This document shows positions 41,942 through 52,251 of a stretch of DNA of 64,000 nt, one piece after another. The stretch lies in the NCBI GenBank assembly GCA_964291215.2, contig OZ219790.1, positions 2,144,001 through 2,208,000 of the forward strand, given 5' to 3'. Each line of letters begins with the position of its first letter. Position 1 is the stretch's first letter. The notes beneath the pieces were generated by a model, which made no database searches, had not been told where the DNA came from, and worked only from the letters and a program-made list of their open reading frames with translations. The position numbers were made by a program, and so were the translations under genes. This DNA comes from Alphaproteobacteria bacterium. Its GTDB lineage: Bacteria > Pseudomonadota > Alphaproteobacteria > MPNO01 > UBA830.

Positions 41942-42826
41942 ATGAGCAGCAAGGTCTGGCGCGACTACACTCAGGAGGAACTCGACGCCAACTACAACCA
42001 GGCGTCCCTGGTTCCCAATTCGGAGGAATATTCCGAGCGCAATCTCGCGCGAAGCGAGGAGGTGTGCGCCAGGGTCCCGCACGAGGCCGGAATCCCCTAC
42101 GGCCCGAGCCTCGGGGAACGCCTCGATGTCTTTTCGGCCGACAACCGCGGCGGCCCGGTCGCCGTCTACTGCCACGGCGGCGCCTGGGCCCGGACAAGCA
42201 AGGAGCACTATTCGTTCCTCGCCCCGGCCTTCACCGCCGCGGGCATACATTTCGTGGTGCTCGGCTTCAGCCTCGCGCCCGCGGTTTCCCTCGACGAGAT
42301 CGTGCGCCAGTGCCGCGCCGGCATCGCCTGGGTCCACCGCAATGGCGACGCGTATGGCTGGGACGGCGGCGATCTCCATGTCATCGGGCACTCCTCCGGC
42401 GGCCACATCTGCGGCATGATGCTTGTGACAGACTGGGAGGGCGAGTACGGCCTGCCCGCGGACCTCATCAAGAGCGGCGCGCCGATGAGCGGCATGTTCG
42501 ACCTTGAACCGGTGCGCCTCAGCCACCGCAATACCTATCTCGACCTGACGGAGAAGTCGGCGCTGCGCAACAGCTCGATCCACCACATCCCCGAACGCGC
42601 CTGCCCGATCGTCAATGCCTGGGGCACCGGCGAACTTGCCGAATTCCAGCGCCAGAACAGGGAATTCGCCCAAGCCTGGCGCGATGCCGGACACCAGGTC
42701 GAGGAGATCGTGCTCGAGGGGTACAACCATTTCGAGGTCTGTGCCGAGATCGCCAACGCGGGCGGCCGCATCCTGCCCGCAATCCTCTCCAACATCGGGA
42801 TCCCCCGCGCGGCGGCAGCGGAGTAG
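41942..42826 (+). CDS. Alpha/beta hydrolase, arylformamidase-like
   Basis: HGGAW, GHSSGGH, SGMFDLEP and NHF motifs. Confidence 0.85.
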   Translation: MSSKVWRDYTQEELDANYNQASLVPNSEEYSERNLARSEEVCARVPHEAGIPYGPSLGERLDVFSADNRGGPVAVYCHGGAWARTSKEHYSFLAPAFTAAGIHFVVLGFSLAPAVSLDEIVRQCRAGIAWVHRNGDAYGWDGGDLHVIGHSSGGHICGMMLVTDWEGEYGLPADLIKSGAPMSGMFDLEPVRLSHRNTYLDLTEKSALRNSSIHHIPERACPIVNAWGTGELAEFQRQNREFAQAWRDAGHQVEEIVLEGYNHFEVCAEIANAGGRILPAILSNIGIPRAAAAE

Positions 42827-42861
42827 CCGCGGCGGACGGGCCATCTGAGGACAGGATCCCG

Positions 42862-44130
42862 GTGACGTCGTTTCGCTTCTTCCACACCGCAGACATCCAC
42901 CTCGACAGCCCCCTCAAGGGTCTGGCCGGCCAGGAGGGCGCCGCCGCCGAACGCATTCGCGCCGCGCCGCGCGAAGCCTTCGAGCAGCTGATCGGCACCG
43001 CCATCGACGAAAAGATCGACCTCCTCGTCATCGCCGGAGACCTCTATGACGGCGACTGGCGCGACTACAATACCGGGCTGTTCTTCGTCAGCCAGATGGG
43101 TCGCCTCAACGAGGCCGGTATTCCGACCTGCGTCCTGCACGGCAACCATGACGCCGAGAGCCGAATCACTAGGTCGCTGACGCTGCCCGGCAACGTGCAT
43201 GTTCTCCCCGCGAGGAAACCTGCCACCGTCCGTCTCGACGAGCTCGGCGTCGCGCTGCACGGCCAGAGCTTCACGCAGCGCGCGGAGACCAGGAACCTCG
43301 CCCGGACCTACCCGGAACCCGTCGACGGCGCCTTCAACATCGGCGTGCTGCATACCGCGCTCGACGGGCGCGGCGGCCACGAGACCTACGCCCCCTGCGC
43401 CCTGGCCGACCTCATCGGCAGAGATTACGACTACTGGGCGCTCGGCCATGTGCACCGGGCGGAACTCGTTCACGAGCGGCCTCATGTCGTCTTTCCCGGC
43501 AATCTCCAGGGCCGACACGTCCGCGAGACCGGCCCCAAGGGAGCCGTGTCCGTAACCGTCACGAACAGCGAGGTGGCTGAACTCGAGTGGCGCTACTGCG
43601 ACGTCGTGCGCTGGACCGTGGTCCGGGTCGACGCCGACGGCTGCGACCGCTTCGTCGATGTCGTGGACCGCATGCGCGCGGCGATCGGCGATGCCGTCGC
43701 CGACGAGGCGGACGGACGCCTCCTCGCATGCCGGGTCGAACTCCGCGGCCGTGCACCGATTCACGAGCAGCTCCTCGCCTTGGAAACCAGACTCGCGGCC
43801 GAAGCCGAAGCGGCAGCGCTCGGCGACGGGACGGCGTGGATCGAGCAGGTGATCGTGGCGACCAAGCCCATGGCCGATCCCGAGACGCTCGCCCGGCGCG
43901 AGGACGCCGTCGGCGAATTGCGGCGCATGCTGCTTGACGCCGGAGACGATCCCGAGCTCATCCGCCGTCTCGATGACACGCTCGCGAGGCTGGCCGGCCA
44001 GCTCCCGGCCGGGGTGCGGGACAGTACCGAGGACAGCGCACTCAAGGCCGCAGCCGCGGGGAATTACGCGGCGCTGATCGCGGAGGTGGCGCCGTGGCTG
44101 TGCGGCCGCCTCGCCGGAGGCGGAGACTGA
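42862..44130 (+). CDS. Mre11/SbcD-like metallophosphoesterase nuclease (YhaO-like)
   Basis: HTADIHLD, AGDLYD, GNHD, LH and ALGHVH motifs. Confidence 0.9.
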   Translation: MTSFRFFHTADIHLDSPLKGLAGQEGAAAERIRAAPREAFEQLIGTAIDEKIDLLVIAGDLYDGDWRDYNTGLFFVSQMGRLNEAGIPTCVLHGNHDAESRITRSLTLPGNVHVLPARKPATVRLDELGVALHGQSFTQRAETRNLARTYPEPVDGAFNIGVLHTALDGRGGHETYAPCALADLIGRDYDYWALGHVHRAELVHERPHVVFPGNLQGRHVRETGPKGAVSVTVTNSEVAELEWRYCDVVRWTVVRVDADGCDRFVDVVDRMRAAIGDAVADEADGRLLACRVELRGRAPIHEQLLALETRLAAEAEAAALGDGTAWIEQVIVATKPMADPETLARREDAVGELRRMLLDAGDDPELIRRLDDTLARLAGQLPAGVRDSTEDSALKAAAAGNYAALIAEVAPWLCGRLAGGGD

Positions 44131-44132
44131 CG

Positions 44133-47100
44133 ATGCGCATCGCGAGGCTGGAGCTTGCCCGCTACGGCCATTTCACCGACCGCGTTCTGGAGTTTCCCGA
44201 AGGGGCGCAGGACTTCCATGTCGTGTTGGGCGCCAACGAAGCCGGCAAGTCGACGGTGCTTGCCGCGATAGAGGATCTGTTGTTCGGGATTCCGCAGCGC
44301 TCACCCTACAGGTTCCTTCACGACTACCGGGAAATGAGGATCGGCGCCACGATCGAGAATGCGGCCGGCGCGTTTTCCTTCTTTCGCAGAAAGGGCAGCA
44401 GCGACTCGCTTGTCGACGCCGCGGGCAATCCCGTCGCCGGTGGCGAACGCCGGCTCGGATCGCTGCTAGCCGGAACCGACCGCGCCTTCTTCGAACGCAT
44501 GTTCAGCCTCGACCACGGCCGACTCGAGGCCGGCGGCCGGGCCATACTCAATTCGAAAGACGACGCCGGGCAGGCGATCTTCGCGGCTGGCGCGGGCCTC
44601 GGCAGCCTGCGCGCCGCTCTTGACGAGATAACCGAGGAGGCCGACGGCCTGTGGGCCCCGAGACGGGCCCAGCACCGCGAACTCTACCAGGCTCTCGACA
44701 GGTGCAGGGAGACGGACAGGGCGCTTCGCGAAGTGACGTTGACGGCGGACAGCTGGCGAAGCCTGAAGCGCGCCCTTGACGGCGCGGCACAGACCCATGA
44801 CGGGATCGAGGAGGAGTTTCGCAGAACCTCGGCCGAACTTCGGCGCCTGTCGCGCATCCGGCGGGTTTATCCGGATCTCCGCCGCCGCGACGTGATCGAG
44901 GCGAAACTCGGGGAACCGGGCGCCCCGGCCCTTCTCCCCGAGGATGCAGGAGAGCTGTTCGACCGCGCGCAACGCCAGCTCTCCGAGGGGGGCGCCAGGA
45001 TGGAGACCCTGGCGGAACAGCTTGCCCAGATCCGTGGGGAGATCGACAGGCTTGTCTGGGACGAGAAGCTGATCGAGCATGAACCGCGTGTCGCGTATCT
45101 CCACCGACAGAGCATCGAGATCATGCCGGAAGTGACCGATCTTCCGAAACGGGAAGCCGAACTCGCAGTCCTTGAGGGCGAGGTACGGCGCTTCGCGGCC
45201 GAACTCGACTGGACGGACGCGGATGCGGAGGATGTGGCTGGCAGAATCCCGCCGCGCGCCGCGGTCCAGGACGCGCATACGCTGCTTCAGGCGCGGGCCG
45301 CCCTCCAGACGGACCTGGACAATCGGCGCGAGGCGCTCGCTTCGGCAGCAGCCAGGCAATCCGAACTGCAGCAGCGGCGCGGGGAAGGCGGCGCACCGGC
45401 GGACACGACAAACCTGGCAGCCGCCATAACCGCCGCGCGCAGGAAAGGCGATATCACAGCGCGGCTGCAGAACGCGGAAGAGGATGTGGCGCTCGCCGAA
45501 CGTCGAACGCGGGATATCCTCGCCACCCTCGTCCCTGCAGTTGCCGACGAGCGGCGGGCAGCGGAAATGCCAGCACCATCGGGATCCGCGATTCAGGCGC
45601 ACGGCCGCCGGAACGACGGGATCGAGAGGGAACGTCAGGAGCTGCAGCGAGAGCGGGCCGAAGCCGAACGGGAGATCGGGCGGCTGCGCGCGGACCAGGC
45701 GGTGCTGCAGAACGACGGGCAGACAATATCCGCCGCCAACCTCGAGAAAGCGCGCAGGCGCCGCGACGACCTCTGGGAGCTGGTCCGGCTGAACTATATC
45801 GACGGCGCGTCCGGGACGAAGCCCGTCATGCCCGTCGACGCGCCCACGGATCCCGCCGCCGCGATGGAAGAGGCCATGCGAACTGCCGACCGGCTTGCGG
45901 ACCAACGCTTCGACACGGCCGAAGCCTCTGCCCGGCTCTCCGAGATCGCGCAGGCAATCACGGTCCGCGAACAGGAGCTTGCGGACATGGAGGAGCGCGA
46001 AAAATCCCTCGACCAGCGGCAACGGACACTCGACCACCAATGGCAGGCCATGTGGGACGGCGCGCCATTCGACCCGTTGCCACCCGACGCGATGGAACAG
46101 TGGATCGAGAGGAGGGACGACCTCGCAGCCGCCGTCGCCCGCGCACAGGACGCGGACCGGGATCTCGCGGTCGCGCGCCGGGCTGCCGACGATGCGAGAG
46201 CGGCCATCGTCGGCGAACTGGCGGCGCTGGACGAAAACCCTCAGACGCTTGACGGAGTGCCGCTGAACCTGGTCGTCGAACGCGCGGACATGCTCAGGGA
46301 ACGGCTCGACTCGGAAGCACGCGAGATCACCGGGCTCGACCGGGGGCTTCGGGAGGTCGGCGCGGAGATCAACCGCCTGCAGGCGGAACTCGAGCGTGCC
46401 CGGGACGCGGTGGGGCGGTGGGAGAACGGGTGGGCGGAGCAGCTCGCAAAACTCGGCTTGCCGGCCGACATATCGCCCGACGACGTCACGGCCCGGATCG
46501 ACATCATCGACCGGATCCGGGATCGGATCGAGCCGATCCGGGAGCTTCGCGACCGCCGCATCGGCAAGATCCGGCGCGACATCGAGACCTTCGAGGCCGC
46601 CGTCAAGGCCACCGTCGCGGAGCTCGCAGACGATCTCGCGGAACGGCCCTGCGGAGACGCCATTCATGAACTGATGCGGCGCACGGATGAGGCCCGAACG
46701 AGATCCGAACAACGTCGCACGCAACTGTCGAAGGCGGAGGATGTCGCGAAACGAATCGCAGACCTCGAGCGCGACCTGGAACAGGCTCAGGCCGGAATCA
46801 GCCATCTCATGCGCCAGGCGGGAACCGACACTCCCGAGGGCCTCGGAGACGCCATCGCGCGGTCGGACCGGCGGCGCTTGCTCGAACGGGAACTCCGGGA
46901 TATCGACGACCGGCTTGTCCGGGCAGGCGACGGGCTTGCGCCTGACGAGCTCCGGGCCGAATGCGCCGGCATCGATCCGGACGGGGTCGCGGCGCTCGAG
47001 GAAAGCTGCGAAGCACAACTGAAGGAGGTCAACAACCGGAAGGCCGACGCCGCCGTCGTCCTGTCGGAAACGCGGAAGGAATTCGAAAAGGCCGGCGGCG

Positions 47101-47672
47101 GCGATGCCGCGGCGAGGGCCGAGGCTGGCCGCCAGCAAGCCCTCGCTGAAGCCGGCCGAATCGCCGGGCGTTACGTCCGGGCGGGCACCTCGGAAATACT
47201 GCTCAGATGGGCCATCGACCGCTACCGGCGCGAAAAACAGGGACCACTCCTCGCGCGTGCGGGGGAGCTGTTCCGGATCATGACCCGGGGATCGTTCGTC
47301 AGACTCCGGATCGAATACGACAACCGCGACAGGCCGGTGCTGGCCGGCGCAAGGGCGGACGAGCAGACGGTGGAGGTCGGCGGCATGAGCGACGGCACGG
47401 TTGACCAGCTCTATCTCGCCTTGCGCGTGGCCGCGCTCGAGGAATATCTCCGGCAGGCGGCCGCGCTGCCGTTCGTCGCCGACGACCTCTTCATCAATTT
47501 CGACGACGAAAGGGCGGCGGCCGGCCTCGAGGTGCTCGCGGGCCTGGCGGAGGAAACGCAGGTCCTGTTCTTCACGCACCACCGTCATCTCGTCGACCTC
47601 GTGCGGGAGATGTTCGGGCCCGAGATGTCGGTGGTGATGTGCGCGGCGCAGAATCGGACGGAGCCGGCGTGA
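44133..47672 (+). CDS. SMC/Rad50-like coiled-coil ATPase (YhaN/AAA_27-like)
   Basis: GANEAGKST Walker A, long coiled coil, MSDGTVDQLYLALR signature, LPFVADD Walker B, FTHH. Confidence 0.9.
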   Translation: MRIARLELARYGHFTDRVLEFPEGAQDFHVVLGANEAGKSTVLAAIEDLLFGIPQRSPYRFLHDYREMRIGATIENAAGAFSFFRRKGSSDSLVDAAGNPVAGGERRLGSLLAGTDRAFFERMFSLDHGRLEAGGRAILNSKDDAGQAIFAAGAGLGSLRAALDEITEEADGLWAPRRAQHRELYQALDRCRETDRALREVTLTADSWRSLKRALDGAAQTHDGIEEEFRRTSAELRRLSRIRRVYPDLRRRDVIEAKLGEPGAPALLPEDAGELFDRAQRQLSEGGARMETLAEQLAQIRGEIDRLVWDEKLIEHEPRVAYLHRQSIEIMPEVTDLPKREAELAVLEGEVRRFAAELDWTDADAEDVAGRIPPRAAVQDAHTLLQARAALQTDLDNRREALASAAARQSELQQRRGEGGAPADTTNLAAAITAARRKGDITARLQNAEEDVALAERRTRDILATLVPAVADERRAAEMPAPSGSAIQAHGRRNDGIERERQELQRERAEAEREIGRLRADQAVLQNDGQTISAANLEKARRRRDDLWELVRLNYIDGASGTKPVMPVDAPTDPAAAMEEAMRTADRLADQRFDTAEASARLSEIAQAITVREQELADMEEREKSLDQRQRTLDHQWQAMWDGAPFDPLPPDAMEQWIERRDDLAAAVARAQDADRDLAVARRAADDARAAIVGELAALDENPQTLDGVPLNLVVERADMLRERLDSEAREITGLDRGLREVGAEINRLQAELERARDAVGRWENGWAEQLAKLGLPADISPDDVTARIDIIDRIRDRIEPIRELRDRRIGKIRRDIETFEAAVKATVAELADDLAERPCGDAIHELMRRTDEARTRSEQRRTQLSKAEDVAKRIADLERDLEQAQAGISHLMRQAGTDTPEGLGDAIARSDRRRLLERELRDIDDRLVRAGDGLAPDELRAECAGIDPDGVAALEESCEAQLKEVNNRKADAAVVLSETRKEFEKAGGGDAAARAEAGRQQALAEAGRIAGRYVRAGTSEILLRWAIDRYRREKQGPLLARAGELFRIMTRGSFVRLRIEYDNRDRPVLAGARADEQTVEVGGMSDGTVDQLYLALRVAALEEYLRQAAALPFVADDLFINFDDERAAAGLEVLAGLAEETQVLFFTHHRHLVDLVREMFGPEMSVVMCAAQNRTEPA

Positions 47673-47884
47673 TCGCCGGCCCGGTGGCAGCCGGCCTTTC
47701 CCGATTCCGGCATTCGAGGCGCACCCTGGACAAGCCCGCGGCAGCGGACTGCGGAGCGGTCCATATTGTAACGAAAATCGATTTCGATCATAAATCATGA
47801 CGATCAACCGATCATGCTGGTCCATAACGGAAACACATGTTCAGACCCGCCACGGCCAAGAGGCGTCATTGCCACTGAAAACGG

Positions 47885-48382
47885 ATGACCGCGCAACGGA
47901 GCAGAACGACTGTCGTGGCGGCGGCAATTTTCGCCGCAGCAGCGCCGCTTGCCGGCTGCCTGCCGGTGAACGACCCGCTGCTTCCGATCCTGGCAGGGGA
48001 GAACCGGGCCGGGGACCCGAAATCCGGCAGACCACCAGCAGACGGACGACTCCGACTAAAGCCGCCGCCGTCCGGCACCCCGGTTGCCGAACATCGGCGC
48101 CCCCTCGTCGTCATTCGTTTCGTGAATGACGACATCGGCTTCGAAACGCCGCTCTATCGTGAAGTCAGCCGCGCACTCTCCCGGTATCCGGCCCTGCGCC
48201 TCGATCTGGTGGCGGTGACACCGAGCCAGGCCGACGCCGGGATATCCGGGCAGGCGGTAACGTATGGCGGGCGGGTCCTGCGTTCGCTGGCCGGGATGGG
48301 CTTCCCTTCCGAACGAATACGCATGTCAGCCATGGCCAGCAGCGCCGTAGCCGTGGCCGAAGTCCACCTCTACGTCAGATAG
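47885..48382 (+). CDS. Hypothetical lipoprotein
   Basis: Hydrophobic stretch ending LAGC; compact C-terminal domain RPLVVIRF..EVHLYVR. Confidence 0.65.
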   Translation: MTAQRSRTTVVAAAIFAAAAPLAGCLPVNDPLLPILAGENRAGDPKSGRPPADGRLRLKPPPSGTPVAEHRRPLVVIRFVNDDIGFETPLYREVSRALSRYPALRLDLVAVTPSQADAGISGQAVTYGGRVLRSLAGMGFPSERIRMSAMASSAVAVAEVHLYVR

Positions 48383-48617
48383 GCGGGTGCGGTTCCCGCG
48401 ACTGCACCGGATTCAACAACCAGCGAGGCAGTGCCTACTGCCTGGAAGCCGCCGGAAACCGCTCTTGCGCATCGCTGTGGCGCACCGGCTCGCAGCATCT
48501 CTCCGACCATGGCAGCGACGCACGGTTGAGCTGTCGACAACATTCTGAATTGTCAGGAAAGGCTGGAGACGGCCCTCTCGTATCGTTGACCGGAGCTCCA
48601 CGGCCTTCAGGGTGCGC

Positions 48618-49283
48618 TCAATTGCCTGCGGTCCCGGCGGGTTTGGCCTTGCGCCACACGCTGGCGAGCCAAGGTTGCTCGTGGCGCGGTTTTCCAGGCG
48701 GGCGGAAATAGTGATCGAGTTCAACGAAGCCCGCCCCGCTCACCTGAGCGCGCCAGGTTTCCAGATCGAGGAAACAGCCGAAGCGATTGCCGTTCCAACC
48801 CTCCCGGTTGTCGCCCCTCGGGTTCGAGCTGAACAGTATGCCGCGCGGCTTGAGGGTGGCATGCAGTTCGCGCAACACCCGAGGCAGTTCCTGGCGCGGC
48901 ACATGGAATAGCGAGGCGTTGGCGAAGATTCCGTCGAAACGCGCCGCAGGCAGGTCAAGCGCCAGAAAATCCTGGTGAAACACCTCGCAACCCGCCATGC
49001 GCCGGGCCATCGCGACAAATTCCGCCGCGCCGTCGAGGCCGATTGCGTCGTGGCCGGCCTCACGAAACGCCATCAGGTCGCGCCCCGGCCCACACCCGAA
49101 ATCGAGGATCGAATATGGCGGGTCACCGCCGATCGCGTCGATCAGAGCCGCCCGGTTCTGGCTCACGTCGTGATCCCGGGTGCCGGCCCAGAATTCGCGG
49201 GCCGCCCGATCATAATCTCCGAGGGTAGTGTCGGTGATCCGGCGCAACGCGTCCGCATCGTGGTGTATGGACGGTTTCGTCAT
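48618..49283 (-). CDS. Class I SAM-dependent methyltransferase
   Basis: ILDFGCGPGRD, FDGIFANASLFH motifs. Confidence 0.85.
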   Translation of the reverse strand: MTKPSIHHDADALRRITDTTLGDYDRAAREFWAGTRDHDVSQNRAALIDAIGGDPPYSILDFGCGPGRDLMAFREAGHDAIGLDGAAEFVAMARRMAGCEVFHQDFLALDLPAARFDGIFANASLFHVPRQELPRVLRELHATLKPRGILFSSNPRGDNREGWNGNRFGCFLDLETWRAQVSGAGFVELDHYFRPPGKPRHEQPWLASVWRKAKPAGTAGN

Positions 49284-49309
49284 CGATCTCGCTGTTCCAT
49301 GGTGGTCAA

Positions 49310-49960
49310 TTCCGAGGAGACGCAAGGAGGTTTGGGACTGGATCATCCAGCCAAGATGTATGGCATGCCGGGTGGCAAGCCGCCAGTCAATCCGATGACA
49401 TTGACGACCGATCACATCATGATCCGCATGGTACGACGCAAGGTGGTGGCGAGTTTCGATGCCAGCCGGGTGTCCTCGGAAGCGGCGCGGCTTCGGGGCG
49501 CGAACGAGATGTTCGATGTAACCGGACAGCTGGCGGCCTATTTTACGAACTATCGTGCCGAGGGCGTATCGAGCATCCGCGCCGAGCGCTGGTCGGGCAG
49601 CGTGTTTTCGGTCTGGCCTTGGGCTATGAGGATCTCACCGATCACGACCGGCTTCGCGACGACAGCGCCGTTGCGCTGGGCGCGAGAACGTGACGGGCGC
49701 AAGCACGACCGGGTCATCTCCTGGCGGATTCGAACACGCTCATGTAATCCGAATCGTCTGGAGTTGAGCGATCCGGATGAAACCGAGCGGCATCGCCGCA
49801 AGAAGATCGTGGCCGATCAAGAACATCTGGGCCGGTTGCTGGTGGATCTGTTTCTGGATTTCCATGAGGTGCCACCAGAAGAGATCGTTGTCGATCTCGA
49901 TGCAACGAATGACCTGCCGCACGGCAGCCAGGAGGGCCGTTTCTTTCATGGCTACTGGCG
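49310..49960 (+). mobile_element. IS1380-family transposase remnant
   Basis: VVASFDA..VSS, LALGYED..DHD and IVVDLDAT.D..HG.QEGRFFHGY motifs. Confidence 0.8.
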
Positions 49961-50246
49961 TCGAGTTGCCCCGGGGACCCTGAGCTTTCGCCGGTTTTGA
50001 CGCCACTTAGGCCTGACGACGCGTTATCAGTGGTTCACTCGCGTTCAGCTCTGACTTGCTCACCTGACCGACTCTGATGGCCGGCCCTTTCCCAACGCGC
50101 TCGCCACCGTGCCTCTTGAGCACAGCAGCCGGGGGCAGTTTGAAGCCTCCGCCTGTACGGCGGCTCCGAAGGGCCCACCCTCATCTCTTGCACAGCATGA
50201 CTTCCAGTAGGCTACATCTTCACCTCCTGTTGTCTTCGTGGCACAC
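49960..50246 (-). ncRNA. Group II intron 5' fragment (domain I, RmInt1/class D-like)
   Basis: Minus strand starts GTGTGCCACGAAG (GUGYG) and carries blocks GGCCCTTCGG..TCAAAC..GCTGCTG..GGTGGCGAGCG..CAGGTG..GAACGCGAGTGAACC..ACGCGTCG, as I recall them from RmInt1 domain I; no RT ORF or domain V. Confidence 0.7.
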
Positions 50247-50458
50247 CGGAGGTCGGCCCCTTGCGAACGCACGAGGCCTTGTTGTGTTTCAAGCTGTCGT
50301 TGGCCGCAAGAACATTTGACACAACTATCGGCCGTGGTTATTCGGTATCGACGCGGACATGTCGCATCATCGCGCGGTGGCCAGCAGCCCACGAGGAGGC
50401 CACTCCCGCAGGCGCAGTCTCGACGACGACGCCAGAGCGACCACGGGAGAATCGCATC

Positions 50459-52156
50459 ATGGCACTGGCACGGTGGGCGCTCATGGCGGTCGGAGTCTTG
50501 CTCCTTTCCGTCGCAGCGGCGGCGGAGCGCGGACGCGACGGCCACGCAAGGATCATCTACTGGCAGGCCCCGTCGATCCTCAATCCTTACCTTTCGGGAG
50601 GAACCAAGGACCTTGAAGCCGCGTCGATGATCCTGGAGCCGCTCGCCCGGTTCGACGAATCCGGGAACCTGTCTCCCTGGCTTGCCACCACGGTACCCAC
50701 GGTGGCCAACGGCGGGGTGTCAGCCGACCTCAAGACGGTGACATGGAAACTGCGCGAAGGCCTGCTCTGGTCTGATGGCAGCCCGCTGACGGCTGCCGAT
50801 GTCTCGTTTACCGCCGAGTACTGCCGGGATCCGGCAGGCGGGTGCTCCCAGCTCGCCAAGTTCGATGACGTGACGACGGTTGAGGTGCTCGACCATCTCA
50901 CCGTCAAGATTACCTTCGGCGTCCCCAAACCTTACCCCTACGGCCCGTTTACGGGGGCCGGTTCGCCGATATTGCAGAAGGCCCAGTTCGGCGATTGCAA
51001 GGGCGCGCGGGCTCCGGAATGCACTGAGGCCAATTTCAGGCCGGTCGGCACGGGACCATTCCGCGTGACCGAGTTTCGACCGAACGATGTGATCTTGCTG
51101 GAAGCGAATCCTCACTACCGCGATCCCGCAAAGCCTGCCTTTGCCACAGTCACGTTCAAGGGCGGCGGCGACGCAGCGGCGGCGGCGCGCGCCGTATTGG
51201 CGACCGGCGAATTCGATTACGCCTGGAACCTGCAGCTCGCGCCGGACGTGTTGAACGGCATGCGGGCAGCAGGCAAGGGAAACGTGATCTCGAGTTTCGG
51301 AACCCTGGTCGAGCGGCTGGTCGTGAATCTGACCGACCCTTCCCCCGTACGGGGCAAAGCGCGCTCCACTCGCTCGCATCCCCATCCATTCCTGACCGAG
51401 CACGCGGTTCGCAAGGCGCTGTCGATGGCCATCGACCGCGAACTTCTCGTCGAGATCGGCTATGGGCAAACCGGGCGCCCGGCCTGCAATGTGGTTCCCG
51501 CTCCGGCAATCTACGCTTCCAAAGCCAACGACGATTGTCTCCGGCAAGACATCGAAGGCGCCAGACGCCTGCTGGACGCGGCCGGGTGGCGGCCCGGGCC
51601 AGGCGGAATACGGCAGAAAGACGGCGTACGGCTCTCCATCCTGTTCCAGACCTCGACCAACGCGGTCCGGCAGGACTTTCAGGCCTTGATCAAGCAATGG
51701 TGGTCCGAAATCGGGGTCGAGACGGAACTTCGTAACATCGACGCTTCCGTGTTCTTCGGAGGCGACCCCGGCAGTCCGGACACCTTTCAAAAATTCTTCG
51801 CCGACATCGAGATGTACGCCAACAAGTTCGAGGGTACGGACCCGGAAACCTATCTCGCCTCATGGCGTTGCGGCAACGAACCCCGGCCGGCCTCGCAATG
51901 GCAGGGCTTGAACATGCCCCGCTATTGCAGCGAAGCCTACGACCGCCTTCTCGCGGAGATGGCCATGACCGGCGACATCTCCGAGAGGGCCCGGCTTGCG
52001 AGGGCGATGAACGACCTGTTGGTCCAGGACTACGTGCTGATCCCGCTGGTCCGCCGCGGGCGCGTGTCCGCGCATGCCCGCTCGCTTGCCGAGGTGCGGC
52101 TGAATACCTGGGACAGCGAGCTCTGGAACATCGCCGACTGGCACCGGGCACGGTGA
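50459..52156 (+). CDS. Peptide/nickel ABC transporter substrate-binding protein (family 5)
   Basis: Signal peptide, WKLREGLLWSDGSPLTAADV, GTGPF, VRKALSMAIDR. Confidence 0.9.
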   Translation: MALARWALMAVGVLLLSVAAAAERGRDGHARIIYWQAPSILNPYLSGGTKDLEAASMILEPLARFDESGNLSPWLATTVPTVANGGVSADLKTVTWKLREGLLWSDGSPLTAADVSFTAEYCRDPAGGCSQLAKFDDVTTVEVLDHLTVKITFGVPKPYPYGPFTGAGSPILQKAQFGDCKGARAPECTEANFRPVGTGPFRVTEFRPNDVILLEANPHYRDPAKPAFATVTFKGGGDAAAAARAVLATGEFDYAWNLQLAPDVLNGMRAAGKGNVISSFGTLVERLVVNLTDPSPVRGKARSTRSHPHPFLTEHAVRKALSMAIDRELLVEIGYGQTGRPACNVVPAPAIYASKANDDCLRQDIEGARRLLDAAGWRPGPGGIRQKDGVRLSILFQTSTNAVRQDFQALIKQWWSEIGVETELRNIDASVFFGGDPGSPDTFQKFFADIEMYANKFEGTDPETYLASWRCGNEPRPASQWQGLNMPRYCSEAYDRLLAEMAMTGDISERARLARAMNDLLVQDYVLIPLVRRGRVSAHARSLAEVRLNTWDSELWNIADWHRAR

Positions 52157-52251
52157 GGCACCGCCGCCGGGGCGCGTCCGCGGGTCGCATTCTCCGGGGA
52201 GCGCGACACACCGGAGCGCTCCTGACGGCAGTGGATTGAGGCACCCGGAAC

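Noticed and set aside
44466-47825. 1119-aa antisense ORF, and similar long shadow ORFs (40529-42844, 34894-36699, 10429-11865)
   Set aside because: They lie opposite recognisable genes in high-GC DNA and have no motifs, which is typical of shadow frames.
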